Position numbers and translations under genes: made by a program. Below, piece by piece: positions 36,530 to 49,081 of a stretch of DNA of 64,000 bases. Under the pieces are notes generated by a model. That model was not told where the DNA came from. It did no database searches and saw only the letters and a list, made by a program, of their open reading frames with translations. The stretch lies in assembly GCA_030390025.1 (NCBI GenBank), contig CM059432.1, positions 16,122,001 through 16,186,000 of the forward strand. The letters run 5' to 3'. This DNA comes from Squalus acanthias. Taxonomy: Eukaryota. How positions within the stretch are numbered: position 1 is the first letter of the stretch; every line of letters starts with the position of its first letter.

Positions 36530-37290
36530 GGAGGAGGAGGAGGAGCACAGGATGGAGCAAAGGAGAGCCAGGCACCATTTAAGGAGAATGCATTTCACCA
36601 GATAACGTGGTCTCCCTCCCACTGAATATGCAAGCAACATAGGACCTATAAGGACCATACTGAGTACAGTAGTGTAGTAGTTATGTTACTGGACTAGTAA
36701 TCCAGAGACGGGACTAATTATCCACAGAAGGTGGGTTCTAAAACCCACCAAGGCAGTTTGAGAATTTGAATTCAGTTTTTAAGAAATCTGGAAATAAAAA
36801 GCTGTCAGATTTTTGTAAAAACCCAACTGGTTCACTAACGTCCATTAGGGAAGGAAACCTGCTATTATCCGGTCAGACCTACATGTGTCTCCAATCCCAC
36901 ACCAATGTGGTTGATTCTTAACTGCCCTCAGAAGGGGCCTGGAAAGCCACTCAGTTGAATCAAAAGCTAGTACAAAGATTAGCACAAGGACCACGGTGGT
37001 TCAAGAAGGCGGCCCACCACCACCTTCTCTGGGCAACTCGGGATGGGCAATAAATGCCCACATCCTGAGAATGAGTAAAAAGAGGGCACTTCACCCAAGA
37101 GGCTCTGCAGTCACGCACATCTGTTCACACTGCTCTCTCTCGCTCTCGGTCGCTCTGTGGTTATGAAGGTGATCATCGCGCTCACCTTTTATGGCTCATT
37201 TCAGGCAGCCACAAGGGACCTCTGTAATACCGGGCATTCGTCAAGTGACTGATACACTTGGCAAGAAAGCTGAGGAATTCGTCACCATTG
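36530..37290 (+). pseudogene. Harbinger transposase N-terminal remnant (split by SINE)
   Basis: PH*ICKQHRTY about 36620-36650; VVMKVIIALTFYGSFQAATRDLC (37157-37225) and GIRQVTDTLGKKAEEFVT (37233-37286) match HARBI1-type motifs. Confidence 0.75.
36665..37082 (+). mobile_element. tRNA-headed SINE with a LINE-derived tail (third family)
   Basis: tagtgtagtagttatgttactggactagtaatccaga...gggttc head; tail ttcaagaaggcggcccaccaccaccttctc...gggatgggcaataaatgc. Confidence 0.75.
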
Positions 37291-37454
37291 GCGTCACAGC
37301 GAGTCAGCAGCATTTTCCTGCAACAAGACTGAGTAAGTGAGGGGAGAGCTGGCAGTTGAGGAGAGTGTGCCAAGTTTCACGGGAGAGCTGAAGTAAGAGA
37401 TGTGGTGGTATCAATCAGCCTGTTAAAGTGGAGGAAGGGGTTTTAGGGTTGCTG

Positions 37455-37818
37455 TTAGGAACATAAGAAATGGGAGCAGGAGCAGGCCATTCGGCCCCTC
37501 GAGCCTGCTCCGCCATTTAATGAGATCATGGCTGATCCGATTTTGGCCTCAACTCCACTTTCCTGCTGGCTCCCCATAACCCTGTTGCTCAAAAATCTGA
37601 CTACCTCAGCCTTGAATATATTCAATGACTCAGCTTCCGCAGCTCTCTGGGGTAAAGAATTCCAAAGATTCACAACCCTCTGAGAGAATAAATTCCTCCT
37701 CATTTTCATCTTAAATGGACAACCCTTTATTCTGAGACTATGCCCCTTGTTCTAGATTCCCCCAAGAGGGGAAACATCCTCTCAGCATTTACCCTGTCCA
37801 ACCCCCTCAGAATCTTAT
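37455..37818 (-). mobile_element. CR1 LINE 3' fragment
   Basis: MRRNLFSQRVVNLWNSLPQRA; tail. Confidence 0.9.
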
Positions 37819-37955
37819 TCTCTGTTAGTGTAAGATTCCTAAGTTAAGTGCTCCCCTTAACCAGAGTGCATTGCGAAGGGTTAGTTGTTACCTTTAGAAG
37901 ATGAAGAGCGTGATGGTTCCCAAGGAAGGAAAAGAGAGAGTGCCCAGTGTGTTAC

Positions 37956-38216
37956 CTTGCCTGCCCTGATCAGGTCATTGAACTTCTTCCGGCACTCGTC
38001 TGCCATCTTGGGGTTGAGCGTTTTCATTCAGTGCCACCTCCTTCCACATGGCATGGCTGATATTTCCTGACATGGGCAACCAGTAGTCTGTGTCTCTTGA
38101 TCTCAATTTCCTTGAGGTAAGACTCTAAGACATTGCAGCATCTTCATCTCCTCCTGGGTTCCAGAGGCAGTGCCTTGTTTGGCTGCGTAGGCCAGCCGCT
38201 CCTATAATAGACCATC
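37956..38216 (-). pseudogene. Harbinger Myb/SANT-like gene exon 1 remnant
   Basis: LESYLKEIEIKRHRLL...MWKEVA...DECRKKFNDLIRAGK followed by GTAAC donor. Confidence 0.8.
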
Positions 38217-39059
38217 TTGAAAATTGGCACAAAGGAATTCATGAGACATGCAGTCAAGTGAGGGAGCCAAGCACTGTTCCTTACTTACCTGCTGCTCTTC
38301 CAGGCGACTGCCACAGTCTTCAGCCACAACTAGCTTTTTAAAAGGCTGCCTTCAAATTTCCATGCAGCCCGGCAGATTGCTCCTGTTTCACATGGGATTT
38401 ATCCCAATCACTTCTCCAATGGATAGGCAAATGAGCTGACCCAGGAAACTCTCATGTAAATTCCTCTCCGGACCATTGGCGGGCACAAATCTTTTTCCTT
38501 TGGCATAAAACGGGTGCGACTCACCGCGTGGAAATTCTCCCTCTGTGTGCCTATGATGTGACACATGGGCTGGGAAATCCCTGGGAGCTGATTTGCCACT
38601 CTTCCAGTGAAGTTACAGCGCCGGAATGGGACCAGCTCTGAGGAATTTCCCAGCTATATTGATCGATCAGGCAGTTTTGTGTAAAATATTCGCGGGAACC
38701 ACTGAAGTGAAGGCTTGAAGTGAAAGTAACATATAACTGCTGTATGGTAACTAAAAGAGGAATATCCACATTAAACTTGGTGATTAGTCAGACTGGGAAC
38801 TCGAGAGTTTGGAAAGTAAATGAAGAACATATCAGGGAACTTGCTTGTTACAGCCCTGCCGCTGCCCAAGAAGAATGTAATATATGGAAAGGCAGCACAG
38901 GGTATCACCAGTGCTGCAATGAGGTACCAGGTATGGATGAAGTTCAAACGTTGAACTCATTCAGTGGCCCCGCTGGTAAATGCATTGACCATTGTGTTGC
39001 TGAGACATACAGAACAGGAAGGCTCAAGGTTTCTTTCCCACCTGTGTTCAGCCCCCTAA

Positions 39060-39567
39060 ACTTGAGCTCATCCAAAATTCTGCTGGCCATACTCTAACTC
39101 CTACCAAGTCCCATTCATCTATCACACCTGTGCTGACTGACCTATATTGGCTCCTGGTCCAGCAATGCCTTGATTTTAGAATTCTCAAATCGCTCAATAG
39201 CCTCGCTCCTCCCTATCTCCATAACCTCCTCCAGTTCTACAACCCTACAAGATCTCTGCGTTCCTCCAATTTTGGCCTTTTGGTGATCCCTGACTTCCTT
39301 CATCCCACCACTGGTGGCCGTGCCTTCAGCTGCCGAGGCCCTGTGTTCTGGAATTCCCTCCCTAAACCTCTGCACCTCTCTACCTCTCTCTCCTCCTTTA
39401 AGACGCTCCTTAAAACCTACCTCTTCGACCAAGCTTTTCGTCACCTGCCCTAATATCTCCTTATGTGGCTCGGTGTCAAATTTTGTCTGATAACGCTGCA
39501 GTGAAGCGCCTTGGGACATTTTTATTATGTTAAAGACACTATATAAAAATGCAGGTTGTTATTGTTT
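39060..39567 (+). mobile_element. L2-clade LINE 3' end
   Basis: LTDLYWLLV...LAPPYL...RSLRSS...GGRAFSCRGPVFWNSLP...[14 protein letters not shown]; tail. Confidence 0.9.
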
Positions 39568-39790
39568 ATCTCAGGCAGATTGGTAAAAGGGACACTATGG
39601 CTGGTCTCTGCACACCAGGGTTAGTGTAGGGAAAAATCAGCCAGTGATCCTGTCACTAATTAGTATCCAGTGTCCACTGCAGCAAACTGATCATGGACAT
39701 TGGGTAAGGACAGGTTCAGACTGCGCTGTGATTCCTCCCCACGTGGACATAGCCTACTGATGCTCACTGACTGTTCAAGATGAAGATGGT

Positions 39791-40413
39791 CAACTGGGGT
39801 ATTTGTGTCCAATTCTCTCAACTGGAGTATTTGTGTCCAATTCTCTCAACTGGAGTATTTGTGTCCAATTCTGGGCACCGCACTTTAGGAAGGATGTGAA
39901 GGCCTTAGAGAGGGTGCAGAAAAGATTTACAAGAATGGTTCCAGGGATGAGGGACTTCAGTTACGTGGATAGACTGGAGAAGCAGGGGTTGTTCTCCTTC
40001 GAGCAGAGAAGGTTGAGAGGAGATTTGATAGAGGGGTTCAAAATCATGAGGGGTCCAGACAGAGTAGATAGAGAGAAACTGTTCCCATTGGCGGAAGGGT
40101 CGAGAACCAGAGGACACAGATTTAAGGTGATTGGCAGAAGAACCAAAGGCGACATGAGGAAAAACTTTTTACGCAGCGAGTGGTTAGGATCTGGAATTCA
40201 CTGCCTGAGAGAGTGGTGGAGGCAGATTCAATCGTGGCTTTCAAAAGGGAGTTGGATAAGTACCTGAAGGAAAAAAATTTGCAGGGCTACGGGGAAAGGG
40301 CAGGGAGTGGGATTTGCTGAAGTGCTCTTGCAGAGAGCCAGCACGGGCTTGACGGGCTGAATGGCCTCCTTCTGTGCTGTAACCATTCTATGATTCATTC
40401 TATTCTATGATTC
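39791..40413 (+). mobile_element. CR1 LINE 3' fragment with triplicated 5' junction
   Basis: CVQFWAPHFRKDVKALERVQKRFTRMVPG; 28-bp unit x3 at 5' end. Confidence 0.92.
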
Positions 40414-40509
40414 TAACTCTGTAAAGTACCACATGACAATGGTATCGCAGCCCAGCATGAGTTACTGGCTTCAGGAGAGAATGGAAGAAAAATGAATATA
40501 AATTAACTA

Positions 40510-41154
40510 CAATGAAACCTGTAAATTACAGACACCTACAGGACTGGCATCATGTCTTTTTTTTTGCAGGTGTCCTTATTTTCAAAATAGTCACAGCGTA
40601 AAAATTTCCAGACAATCTTGAAGAAGCAGCTGAGATCATGATCAGCACCTAATCAGCTGCAGCAAAGGTAAGAACTTAAGATTGGAAGCAGATATAACAA
40701 CGAAACTACCTGTACAACGGAACTTGTGCCTAACGACACTCTCAGATGGCAGACAACCATGTGGTCGAGTGCGTGCGCATCTTCTGACCTGCGTTGTCAA
40801 CAGGGTTGGTTTTGGAAGCAGGGACAGTGGCTAAGGGGGGGAATTCAATCCCCGGGAATCAGCAGGGACAAAAAAGAGTCTAGTAGCAATCCATCAGTCA
40901 TCACGATCTTCAGACTCAGATACAGTACATACTTTGAACATTGTAAAGTGTGACGTCGGGCTATGTCCCGTGTTTTAAGCTGTAAGAGGGCTTGGTACAT
41001 TGAAGGGTGTCCGTAGTACGTAATTTGCGAGTGTCCGTGGTTTCAGAGTGCCTGCTGTATCTTTTACCATGTAAGTTATTTGGGACTGTCAATAAATGTC
41101 TGTATTTTGCAGGTGTCTGTTTTATGGGAATGTCTGTTTATTCAGGTTTCACTG
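40510..41154. mobile_element. Tc1/mariner-superfamily (pogo/Tigger-like) MITE
   Basis: TA|caatgaaacctg ... caggtttcactg|TA; subterminal acagacacc/ggtgtctgt repeats. Confidence 0.7.
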
Positions 41155-41384
41155 TATGTCACAACTTGAAATGTCATCTAGGCCCACATGCTGACACAAT
41201 GCGTGACATAGGGCAATGCCTACAGTTCTCCCTACACAAGATCCCAATCGGTCACCCAAGCTATCAGAAAGAGGGGATACTGAATGAAGAGGCAACAATT
41301 TAACAGCTGGATAAACAACGATATCTTCTTCTTCTTCTTTCGTATGGCAATAGCAAAGCAGATCAAATGTCAATATCTAAGTTG

Positions 41385-41582
41385 AGAAGTCGCACAACAC
41401 CAGGTTATAGTTCAACAGTTTTATTTGAAATCACAAGCTTTCGGAGCTGCTGCTCCTTCGTCAGGTGACGAAGGAGCAGCGCTCCGAAAGCTTGTGATTT
41501 CAAATAAAACTGTTGGACTATAACCTGGTGTTGTGCGACTTCTCACTTTTGTCCACCCCAGTCCAACACCGGCATCTCCGCA
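41385..41582. mobile_element. Palindromic Penelope-like short insertion with hammerhead motif
   Basis: About 80-bp near-perfect arms (41383-41545); 15-bp TSD tcaatatctaagttg (41370-41384 / 41583-41597). Confidence 0.8.
41431..41468 (-). ncRNA. Minimal type-I hammerhead ribozyme motif
   Basis: tcac-CTGACGA-a-ggagc-agca-gctcc-GAAA-g-CTT-gtga: stem I tcac/gtga, stem II ggagc/gctcc, palindromic AGCT stem III. Confidence 0.72.
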
Positions 41583-42195
41583 TCAATATCTAAGTTGGAT
41601 GAGGTGGATGATGACAGTCTTCTCGCGGCCCACCCTGTTACGTGATCTTAGCTCTTAGATCACAACTAATGTCGTCTCACAGGACACCGAACTCGTTGTT
41701 AAATCCACCTCCCAGTGACAGTAGCAATCCAAGCAAATCGAACGGTCCTCTCCAGGACCAAAGAAAACAAGGATATTAACAGAAACCTGGGATGACTAGG
41801 GACAGGGTAACTACTTCTCAGTCAGAGAATGGTGTTTGACTTAGATAACAGTTTCATTGTTTTGTCTTTAATAATTCTTCACTGAAATTTGATAATCCCT
41901 CAAAAGGATCGCTGCCGTCATTTGTTACAATCTATTTCCTCATTTTTAGGATTTCCACCTAACACCACACACCATTCTGTAACTGAATATACTTCAAATA
42001 CCTACGTAAACACTGCAGTTCCGTGATTATGTGTTGAACAACTTCCCCACAGAGCAGAATTCTAAAAAGGGGAATTTTGAGTAGTTAAGTATCTTTGCTC
42101 TCTGGCACTGTGGTACTTTACCATAGGAACGTAGGAACAGGAGTAGGCCATTCAGCCCCTCGAGCCTGTTCCGCCATTCAATGAGATCGTGGCTG

Positions 42196-42677
42196 ACGAG
42201 GGGCCTAACGCCCTGTTTTGGGTCCCCACACATAAATTGGCCTGTGATGGATTATTCGGTGGCCGTTGAGGCCTAAGTAACGGCCACCAACTAAGTCAAG
42301 TTTTCTTTCAAAAAATAATTTTTAAAAATTTCTTGTGGAGCCAGCAGGAGCGGGAGTGCTCCTTCCATCTCCACAGCACTCCTGACAGTCACTGCCAGCC
42401 ACGATCGGACACCCTCCCTCTGTCCTCCTCCCCCACCCCCCGGCACTTACCTGAGGCCCGCTGCCGGTGAGGCAGGCCACCTGAAATTCATTGCTGCAAA
42501 AGGGGCGAGTTGCCTGTGGAGGCACAACAGGCGTCGGCAGCCCACCCAGATTATTTAGACCAGGCCCAATTTCGGGCCGGCCTCGGGCCTCCCGGTTTAG
42601 ACGCGTGCTGCAGCCGCATTGTCGCCTTCATGCCCGGAAGAGGGCATCGACAAATTTACGCCCCAATTTTTCCCCCC
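42196..42677. mobile_element. Harbinger-like MITE fragment (preceded by CR1 tip 42122-42195)
   Basis: End ...ccccaatttttcccccc; shared internal motif. Confidence 0.55.
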
Positions 42678-43337
42678 TGCCCCTCCAGTTCCAGCATTGC
42701 AGGAATCATCGACGCCTGTGAAGCAGTTGGTCATCTCAGTCTTGTGATCGCTAGCTCAATGCTGTCATTACGTCAATGATTGAGTCTGTTGTCAAAAATT
42801 TATAAACTGAAATTTAGGACAGACAGAACTTTATTCTTGCCATTGTGCCAAGATTGGGTACCGTCGGGGAAGTTTCCCAGCAGGATACTCCTGGCTCCTC
42901 CAGGAACGTAGCTTATCGGAATGCCCCTCATCGCAGTGCCAATACCCATTTAACAGTCATCAGCTATGGCCTTTCACTTAAGTTAGTCTTCTGCCCTCCA
43001 GCTCTGTACTGGAACTTTGCATTCATATGTGATAGATAAGTTACCGCTACACTTTCTTAATTAAAATTTTCATGTAACTTCCTCTATTGAAGTCATGAAA
43101 GGTGTTATATAAATGCAAGTCTTTCTTTCTTTCTTTGACGTTCAGCACAAAGAGAGCACAGTGAAAGCATAGCTGCTGTATACGTGCATACAGGCACAAG
43201 TGCTCAATTGGAAATAAAAGCTTCGGAAAAGCAAAGTTTCCCTGAGGTCTTGGCTCATTGCTGCTCCACGGTATTGCAATATCAGCAGCATTTGAGAACA
43301 AGTGATAATATTAACTGCTGCTTAAAGAGGTACCGGC

Positions 43338-43650
43338 TTACAAACATACAACATTGACAGGCAGGAAAAGACCAGCTGGTCCATCAAGCCTGCCCAACAC
43401 CGAGACCCTTACCCAGCTCCCGCGCCGACCCCACAGCTGAGTAATCTCCTGAGAGAGGCAAAAAAAACAAAAAAAACAGGGCCAGTAAGGGTAAAAAATT
43501 CTGGCAAATTCCTCTCCGACCCCCACAGACAATCGAACCCAGTCCAGGAGATCGCACGGACCAAGTCTTATCTATAAAGACACTTACCTTCTATATGATA
43601 CATTCTATGCCCCAGTCAGGAACCAGTCCAGCTCCCTCTTGAAGGCTTTA
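43338..43650 (-). mobile_element. 3' end of a distinct CR1-like LINE
   Basis: Reverse strand: ttcaagagggagctggac...gatggaccagctggtcttttcctgcc..tgttgtatgtttgt. Confidence 0.55.
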
Positions 43651-44200
43651 TGAAGTAGTCCTCAGCAATCCACTTGTGAGGGAGACGAGCCAGAATAGCG
43701 ATGTATCATTTTGATAATGTGATTTGCGTCATTGTGGATATGGAAACACTTTCCATAAAGGTGGTACCCTTTTAACATGACAGGAAATGAACACTCCCTG
43801 TGCAAAATGATGTATTTTGGATCAGTCTTGCAAAACACACACTGGCACTTTCATATTCAGCGATATACTCATATTTACACAGGAACGTAGATATACAAAA
43901 ATCTGCGCAAATGCATGCACACATTCAGATATTGCTACTTCTGTCTCCGCCTTTAAAACTAGCTGCCTTTTTGACTGCACCGACAGCCAACTCACCTAAA
44001 TCCTCCACCGCTCATTGCATGTCTATCTAACGTGAAACACTTTCTAATGTTTCATTGCGTTAAAGTGTTGTACAGACAGACGCAAGTTATTGCTGTGCAT
44101 GATATACACAGACACACAGACGCACACAACAATACGCAAACATACACAGAAAAACACACAAATACACTCAGATATACATAGCCAAACAAAAAGTTATTAC

Positions 44201-44527
44201 AACAGCAAAAATACTGCGGATGCTGGAAATCAGAAATAACAACAGAAAATGCTGGAAACACTCAGCAGGTCAGGCAGCATCCGCGGAGAGAGAAACAGAG
44301 TTAACAGAGTTTCAGGTCTGGGACCCTTCATCAGAACTCGAAAAAGTTAGAGAAGTAACAGATTTTTAAGCAAGTGTAGGGGCAGGGAGAGGGAGGAGGG
44401 GAGGAAAGAACAAAAGGGAAGGTCTGTGATAGGGTGGAAGGCAGGAGAGATTAAAAGACAAAAGGGATGATGGTGCGAGGCAAAAGGAGATGGTAATGGG
44501 ACAAGTTAAGAAACAAAAGATGACTCT
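44201..44527 (-). mobile_element. Penelope-like pseudo-LTR copy
   Basis: Reverse complement of 53735-54030; TSD agttattac (44192-44200 / 44528-44536); CTGATGA...GAAA motif. Confidence 0.85.
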
Positions 44528-47362
44528 AGTTATTACTGCTGTTACCATTATTGTTGTCAGTTTCTTCTCTGCCTGTCAACCATTTTCCCTGTGCAGTATG
44601 TCTCATTACTGATGCCAATTCGTACTCTGGCTCTTGCGCACAGAGATACCAATATTTGCCTTCTATTTTCCCCACATTTTTCCAGCTCTACTGCCACCTC
44701 CAATAGGCCGCATTCTGTCCTCCCTCTTCACCCAGATATGATGGTGCTACAACATCCCCTTTGGCACAAATAGGCAGCGGTCACAATACCGTCTCTTCTG
44801 CTGGTTAGTTGAGCTCCGTTATTTCAGCGTGAGTTCACCGACTCTTCTACCATGAATCTAGTGACCAGATGAGTAAAAATAGCCCAATACATCCTCTGAT
44901 GCCCTAGTAGGCAAGTGGTAGGTCCCAGGTTTGATTCATGGTCTGTTCTGAGAAAGCTCATCTCTGCCAGATCTCCAATTCAGGTGCTTCGGTGGGCCTC
45001 AGCACCCCTGGGATATGGAGGGGGAAAATCAGTCAGGCTCCTGCTTCCGATTTCTATCCAGTGACCGCTGCTTGAGCGCGATGCTCTCTGCGGTGGAATA
45101 GCCTGGTAACAGAACCCCCAACTAGGTTCATACGTGAAACTAGGCGAGGTATCAAAGGGCTGTTGGTGTCTACTGAACTGTACCCCAGCAAGAGGCAATT
45201 AAAAACCTGCCTTGAGGCACTGCGCTGGCAGTCCAACAACACAGTGCTTGAACCACCAAGTTTCATCCACTGTTTTGAGAACAGTTCAATGTTAGGAAAG
45301 AAACAGAAGGGATCTTAAAGCTCTCCTGCGCTTCACAAAAGCGATTTCCACATTTCTGGCCATTGAGGGAGAAGCACTCATGTTGTCATCGTAATTAATT
45401 GAGGTATCTTCACCACCACATCTATACCGCCTACCTGGAGAGTTGTAGTTTAGTTATACTCAAGTGATAACATGTCGATGCAAATATTTACTGTGTATGT
45501 AGAGAAGAAACAGCATGACAACATTTGTATCTTTTACCACACAGCTAGGTACATTTACTGAGAACTTTGGAGACTTTGCACTCAGCTGGGTAAAAGTGAA
45601 TGAAGTTTATCAAGGAAAGTCTACAACAGTAAACTTAGGCATGCTTAGATGACCCGCCTGGTCTTTTCTCGTTGTATATTTTCTCATGTTATGTTATTTA
45701 AAATGCTCGGTAGTAAGAAGAAAGAGACAGTATTTACCAAGCGATCTAAAGTATCCTTGATCTCATTAACTTCAAACACTGACCCGTGACCTGGAATTCA
45801 GAGAGTACAGGAACTTTTTTTTTACGCTGAGCATTACTTTATACGGAGGGTAACAAGAAGCTGCGAGTGTGTAAAAATTCCAAGGCTGTCTGAATGGTGA
45901 GCTGTTAGCTTTCAATTCTTAACAGCCAAACTTGCCGATAACTCCAAAAAAAATCTGATCCATTAAAAAAAACTTCAGCAGAAGTTTGAAAAACTCACGC
46001 ACTCCCATCCGGCAGGTTTCTTTCCCCCCAAAATGTCGAATTTGGTTTTTCAATAGTCTAAAGTTCAGATGGCCACAATCGGAGGCAATGGGCAGGTGGG
46101 GTTGAGATCTATCAAAAAAAGAGAGGGACTTCTTTGTACTAACAGCCTTTGCTTTTCATAAACGTTCTCATTTTCTTCTGACTCTGACACCAAAATTAAT
46201 CAAAGTGCGCGCCCAATCCCTTTTAACAAATCCTCGTTTTAGTTTAGGCTGATAATAGCCTCCGAAACTGCACTGTTTTCCCACAAGGAACTCAGTGCCC
46301 ATTACTGTCATTATATTCTGTACTATTCCTAGTTCTGTTGAGAAAATGTGATCTGTTCTTCATTGAAGTACCGTATCATCTTACCAGGCGTCTGTTCTCT
46401 GTCAACAGAGGATTCACATTGGGAACCAATGGGCTACCGAAAATGAACCAACAAGGAGCACCCACCTCATGACTCACAAACACTCCAAGTATAAGAGAGT
46501 GGGAACAAAGAAGATTTTTCCTGAAAACCATTGAAAGGTGTAATAATGTTCAACTGGTTAGAATCCCACTGCCACCAATGAACTGCACCTGCATAGCATG
46601 GCGACTTCAAAGGAAGAGGATTAAAGAGAAATTCGGAGGGAAAACTTGGAAAAAAAAGTAAAGAAAAATCAAATGCAAATGTAATATAGGTACATAACAC
46701 GGCCCATTACTAAAGTAGGTCTAAGAACATTCCTTCCTAGATTGAAAGTAACGACAGACCGGGTTCTGATTGAGCTGTTAGCCAACTAGCAACTCGCATT
46801 CAACCAAGAATCAGTAAATCTCTGAATCACAGATTGCGACCAAATGTGGACCATCATTATTCAGTGCATTCATAACACTAAGTACCTGTTGTTTTGTTCA
46901 CTGGAGAAGATAAGGTGACCTCGGCATGGATGTTTAAGCATAAGTAGCATTCGTATGAAGCCAAAATAAATCAAGGTTATGATACGGCTGTGCTATTATC
47001 TTAGACAATGTTTTGGCAATGGTTCAAGCATCTTGAACCACAAATCTCGTACAATGAAACAATTACTTCAATGAGCCAACGCAAGATGAATGGCTAGAAC
47101 ATGTTTCTGCCGTATATGTGAATAATTGCTTATGCGATTTGTTTCAGATGCATTGGGTCTTTTTTTCCCCAGGTTGTAAATTACTTTCATACGTTCTACA
47201 GAAATTTCAGGGTCCTCTGAGCAAGCGTTTGCATTTTTCAATTTGAAACGCTGATCATATTCAAACCTGCTAAGCTGAATTCCAGGTGAAGGACCTTCGA
47301 CAGATTTCTTATTAATACCCTTGTCAACGTTCTCATGAAATTGAAAACGTTTACCTCCTTCC

Positions 47363-47708
47363 TGTACTGTCGGAGGTGCCGTCTTTCGGATGAGACGTTA
47401 AACCGAGGCCCCGTCTGCTCTCTCGGGTGGACGTAAAAGATCCCACGGGCACTATTTCGAAGAAGAGCAGGGGGAGTTATCTCCGGTGTCCTGGCCAATA
47501 TTTCTCTCCCTCAACCAACATAACAAAAACAGATTATCTGGTCATTATCACATTGCTGTTTGTGGGAGCTTGCTGTGCGCAAATTGGCTGCCGCGTTTCC
47601 CACATTACAACAGTGACTACACTCCAAAAGTACTTCATTGGCTGTAAAGTGCTTTGAAACGTCTGGTGGTCGTGAAAGACGCTATATAAATGCAAGTCTT
47701 TTTTTTCC
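47363..47708 (+). mobile_element. Deu-SINE, 5'-truncated
   Basis: Core and tail match. Confidence 0.9.
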
Positions 47709-48669
47709 TCATCTGCTACTTCCACAGTCACCCACTGCACCTGGAGTGCGAAACATTTCCTCTACCTGCTGTCGGCATTATAGGTACATGAATTAAACTG
47801 CATATTTCCAAAATAGTTAATAAAGATGTATTATATTAAGGCCAGCTAGATAAGCACAAGGGAGAAAGGAATAGAAGGAGGTGCTGATAGGAGGAGATGA
47901 AGTCAGGTGAGAGGAGGCTCGTGTGGAGCATAAACACCAGCATAGACTAGTTGGGGTGACTGGCCTGTTCCTGTGCTGTAATTTCTATGTAATCTATATT
48001 TTGTACTTACAGCTTGTACGCTGCAACAGCTTTAGTGCTGTACTCTCTATCACAACAACGATATAAATGCAGCACAAAAAGTCAAGTGTAAGAAGGGTAT
48101 TGAACACAAGTCTTCTACAGATTCGAGCGCAAAGTAATTGCAGTGTAACTGTCCAAAGTACCATTGGGTACCACCTCTTCACCCGTGTGACCCTGTGTCC
48201 ATACAATACAGCCAGGGTGCCGTAACAAATTTTAAGTCCACCATAGATACTGCCTTGGTTTCAGTGGTGTCAATCGCTCCCATAACCTGAGCCCACATCC
48301 CATATATTCTGGAAATGACTCACCCTGTCCAATGTCTACTTATACAAGAGCATAATCCAGGGTGTGGACTGGATACCATAAACTAACACATTTAACCCCG
48401 CGTGTGCTTCTCCCTTCTTTCGATGTGCCGAACTGATAAAACAAGGTTGACGGCAGATCAAAAAGCTGGTTTATTCAGCAGGACGCACATGCCTGAGCAA
48501 AATGAGCAATTCCTGACTTTTTTCAAACTTGGCCTGCAACCTTTTCCGTAACAACACAAAATAACAAAAGCCTGCTACACTATCCAGTAGCAGATGAATA
48601 TTTGCTTTTTCGTTTTATTTCCTATCGGTTCAACTTCTAGTTGGGAACATTAAACTGCTATATCTTAAT

Positions 48670-48760
48670 ACAAAAGGCAAAATACTGCGGATGCTGGAAA
48701 TCTGAAATATAAAGAGATGCTGCCTGACCTGCCGGGTATTTCCAGCATTTTCTGTTTATA
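48670..48760. mobile_element. Tiny inverted Penelope-like insertion
   Basis: aaatactgcggatgctggaaatctg + gatgctgcctgacctgc..tttccagcatttt; TSD tgct(a/c)tatcttaat (48656-48669 / 48761-48774). Confidence 0.75.
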
Positions 48761-49081
48761 TGCTCTATCTTAATTCCTAGATCAGGAAAAGAGCTGCCTT
48801 CTCACAGCCCCTGTTTGCCCTGACTGGCCCTGAACAGTCCCAAGATGCAGAGTCTCACAAGACTACCTGGTAAGTAGCCCTGCCGAGTTCAAATGCATCA
48901 AGCCATCTCAAGCAGAATAGGTGTGAATAATCACTGAAACTAAACTAACTTCCATTGTCTGAAGCACGGCTGGTTCAGACATCCTGTTTGAAGCCAATCT
49001 ATGTCCCCCCAGCCCTGCTATCCAGTGACTTAACCCCTTGAGAGCTAGATTTAACTCAGTAGTGGCATTTTGAACATAAAT

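Larger units (their letters stand above)
35659..38541. mobile_element. Decayed, formerly autonomous PIF/Harbinger transposon with convergent transposase and Myb genes
   Basis: Transposase remnants on plus, Myb remnant on minus; candidate ends gggagtaaattt / aaattctccc; three nested retroelements. Confidence 0.7.
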
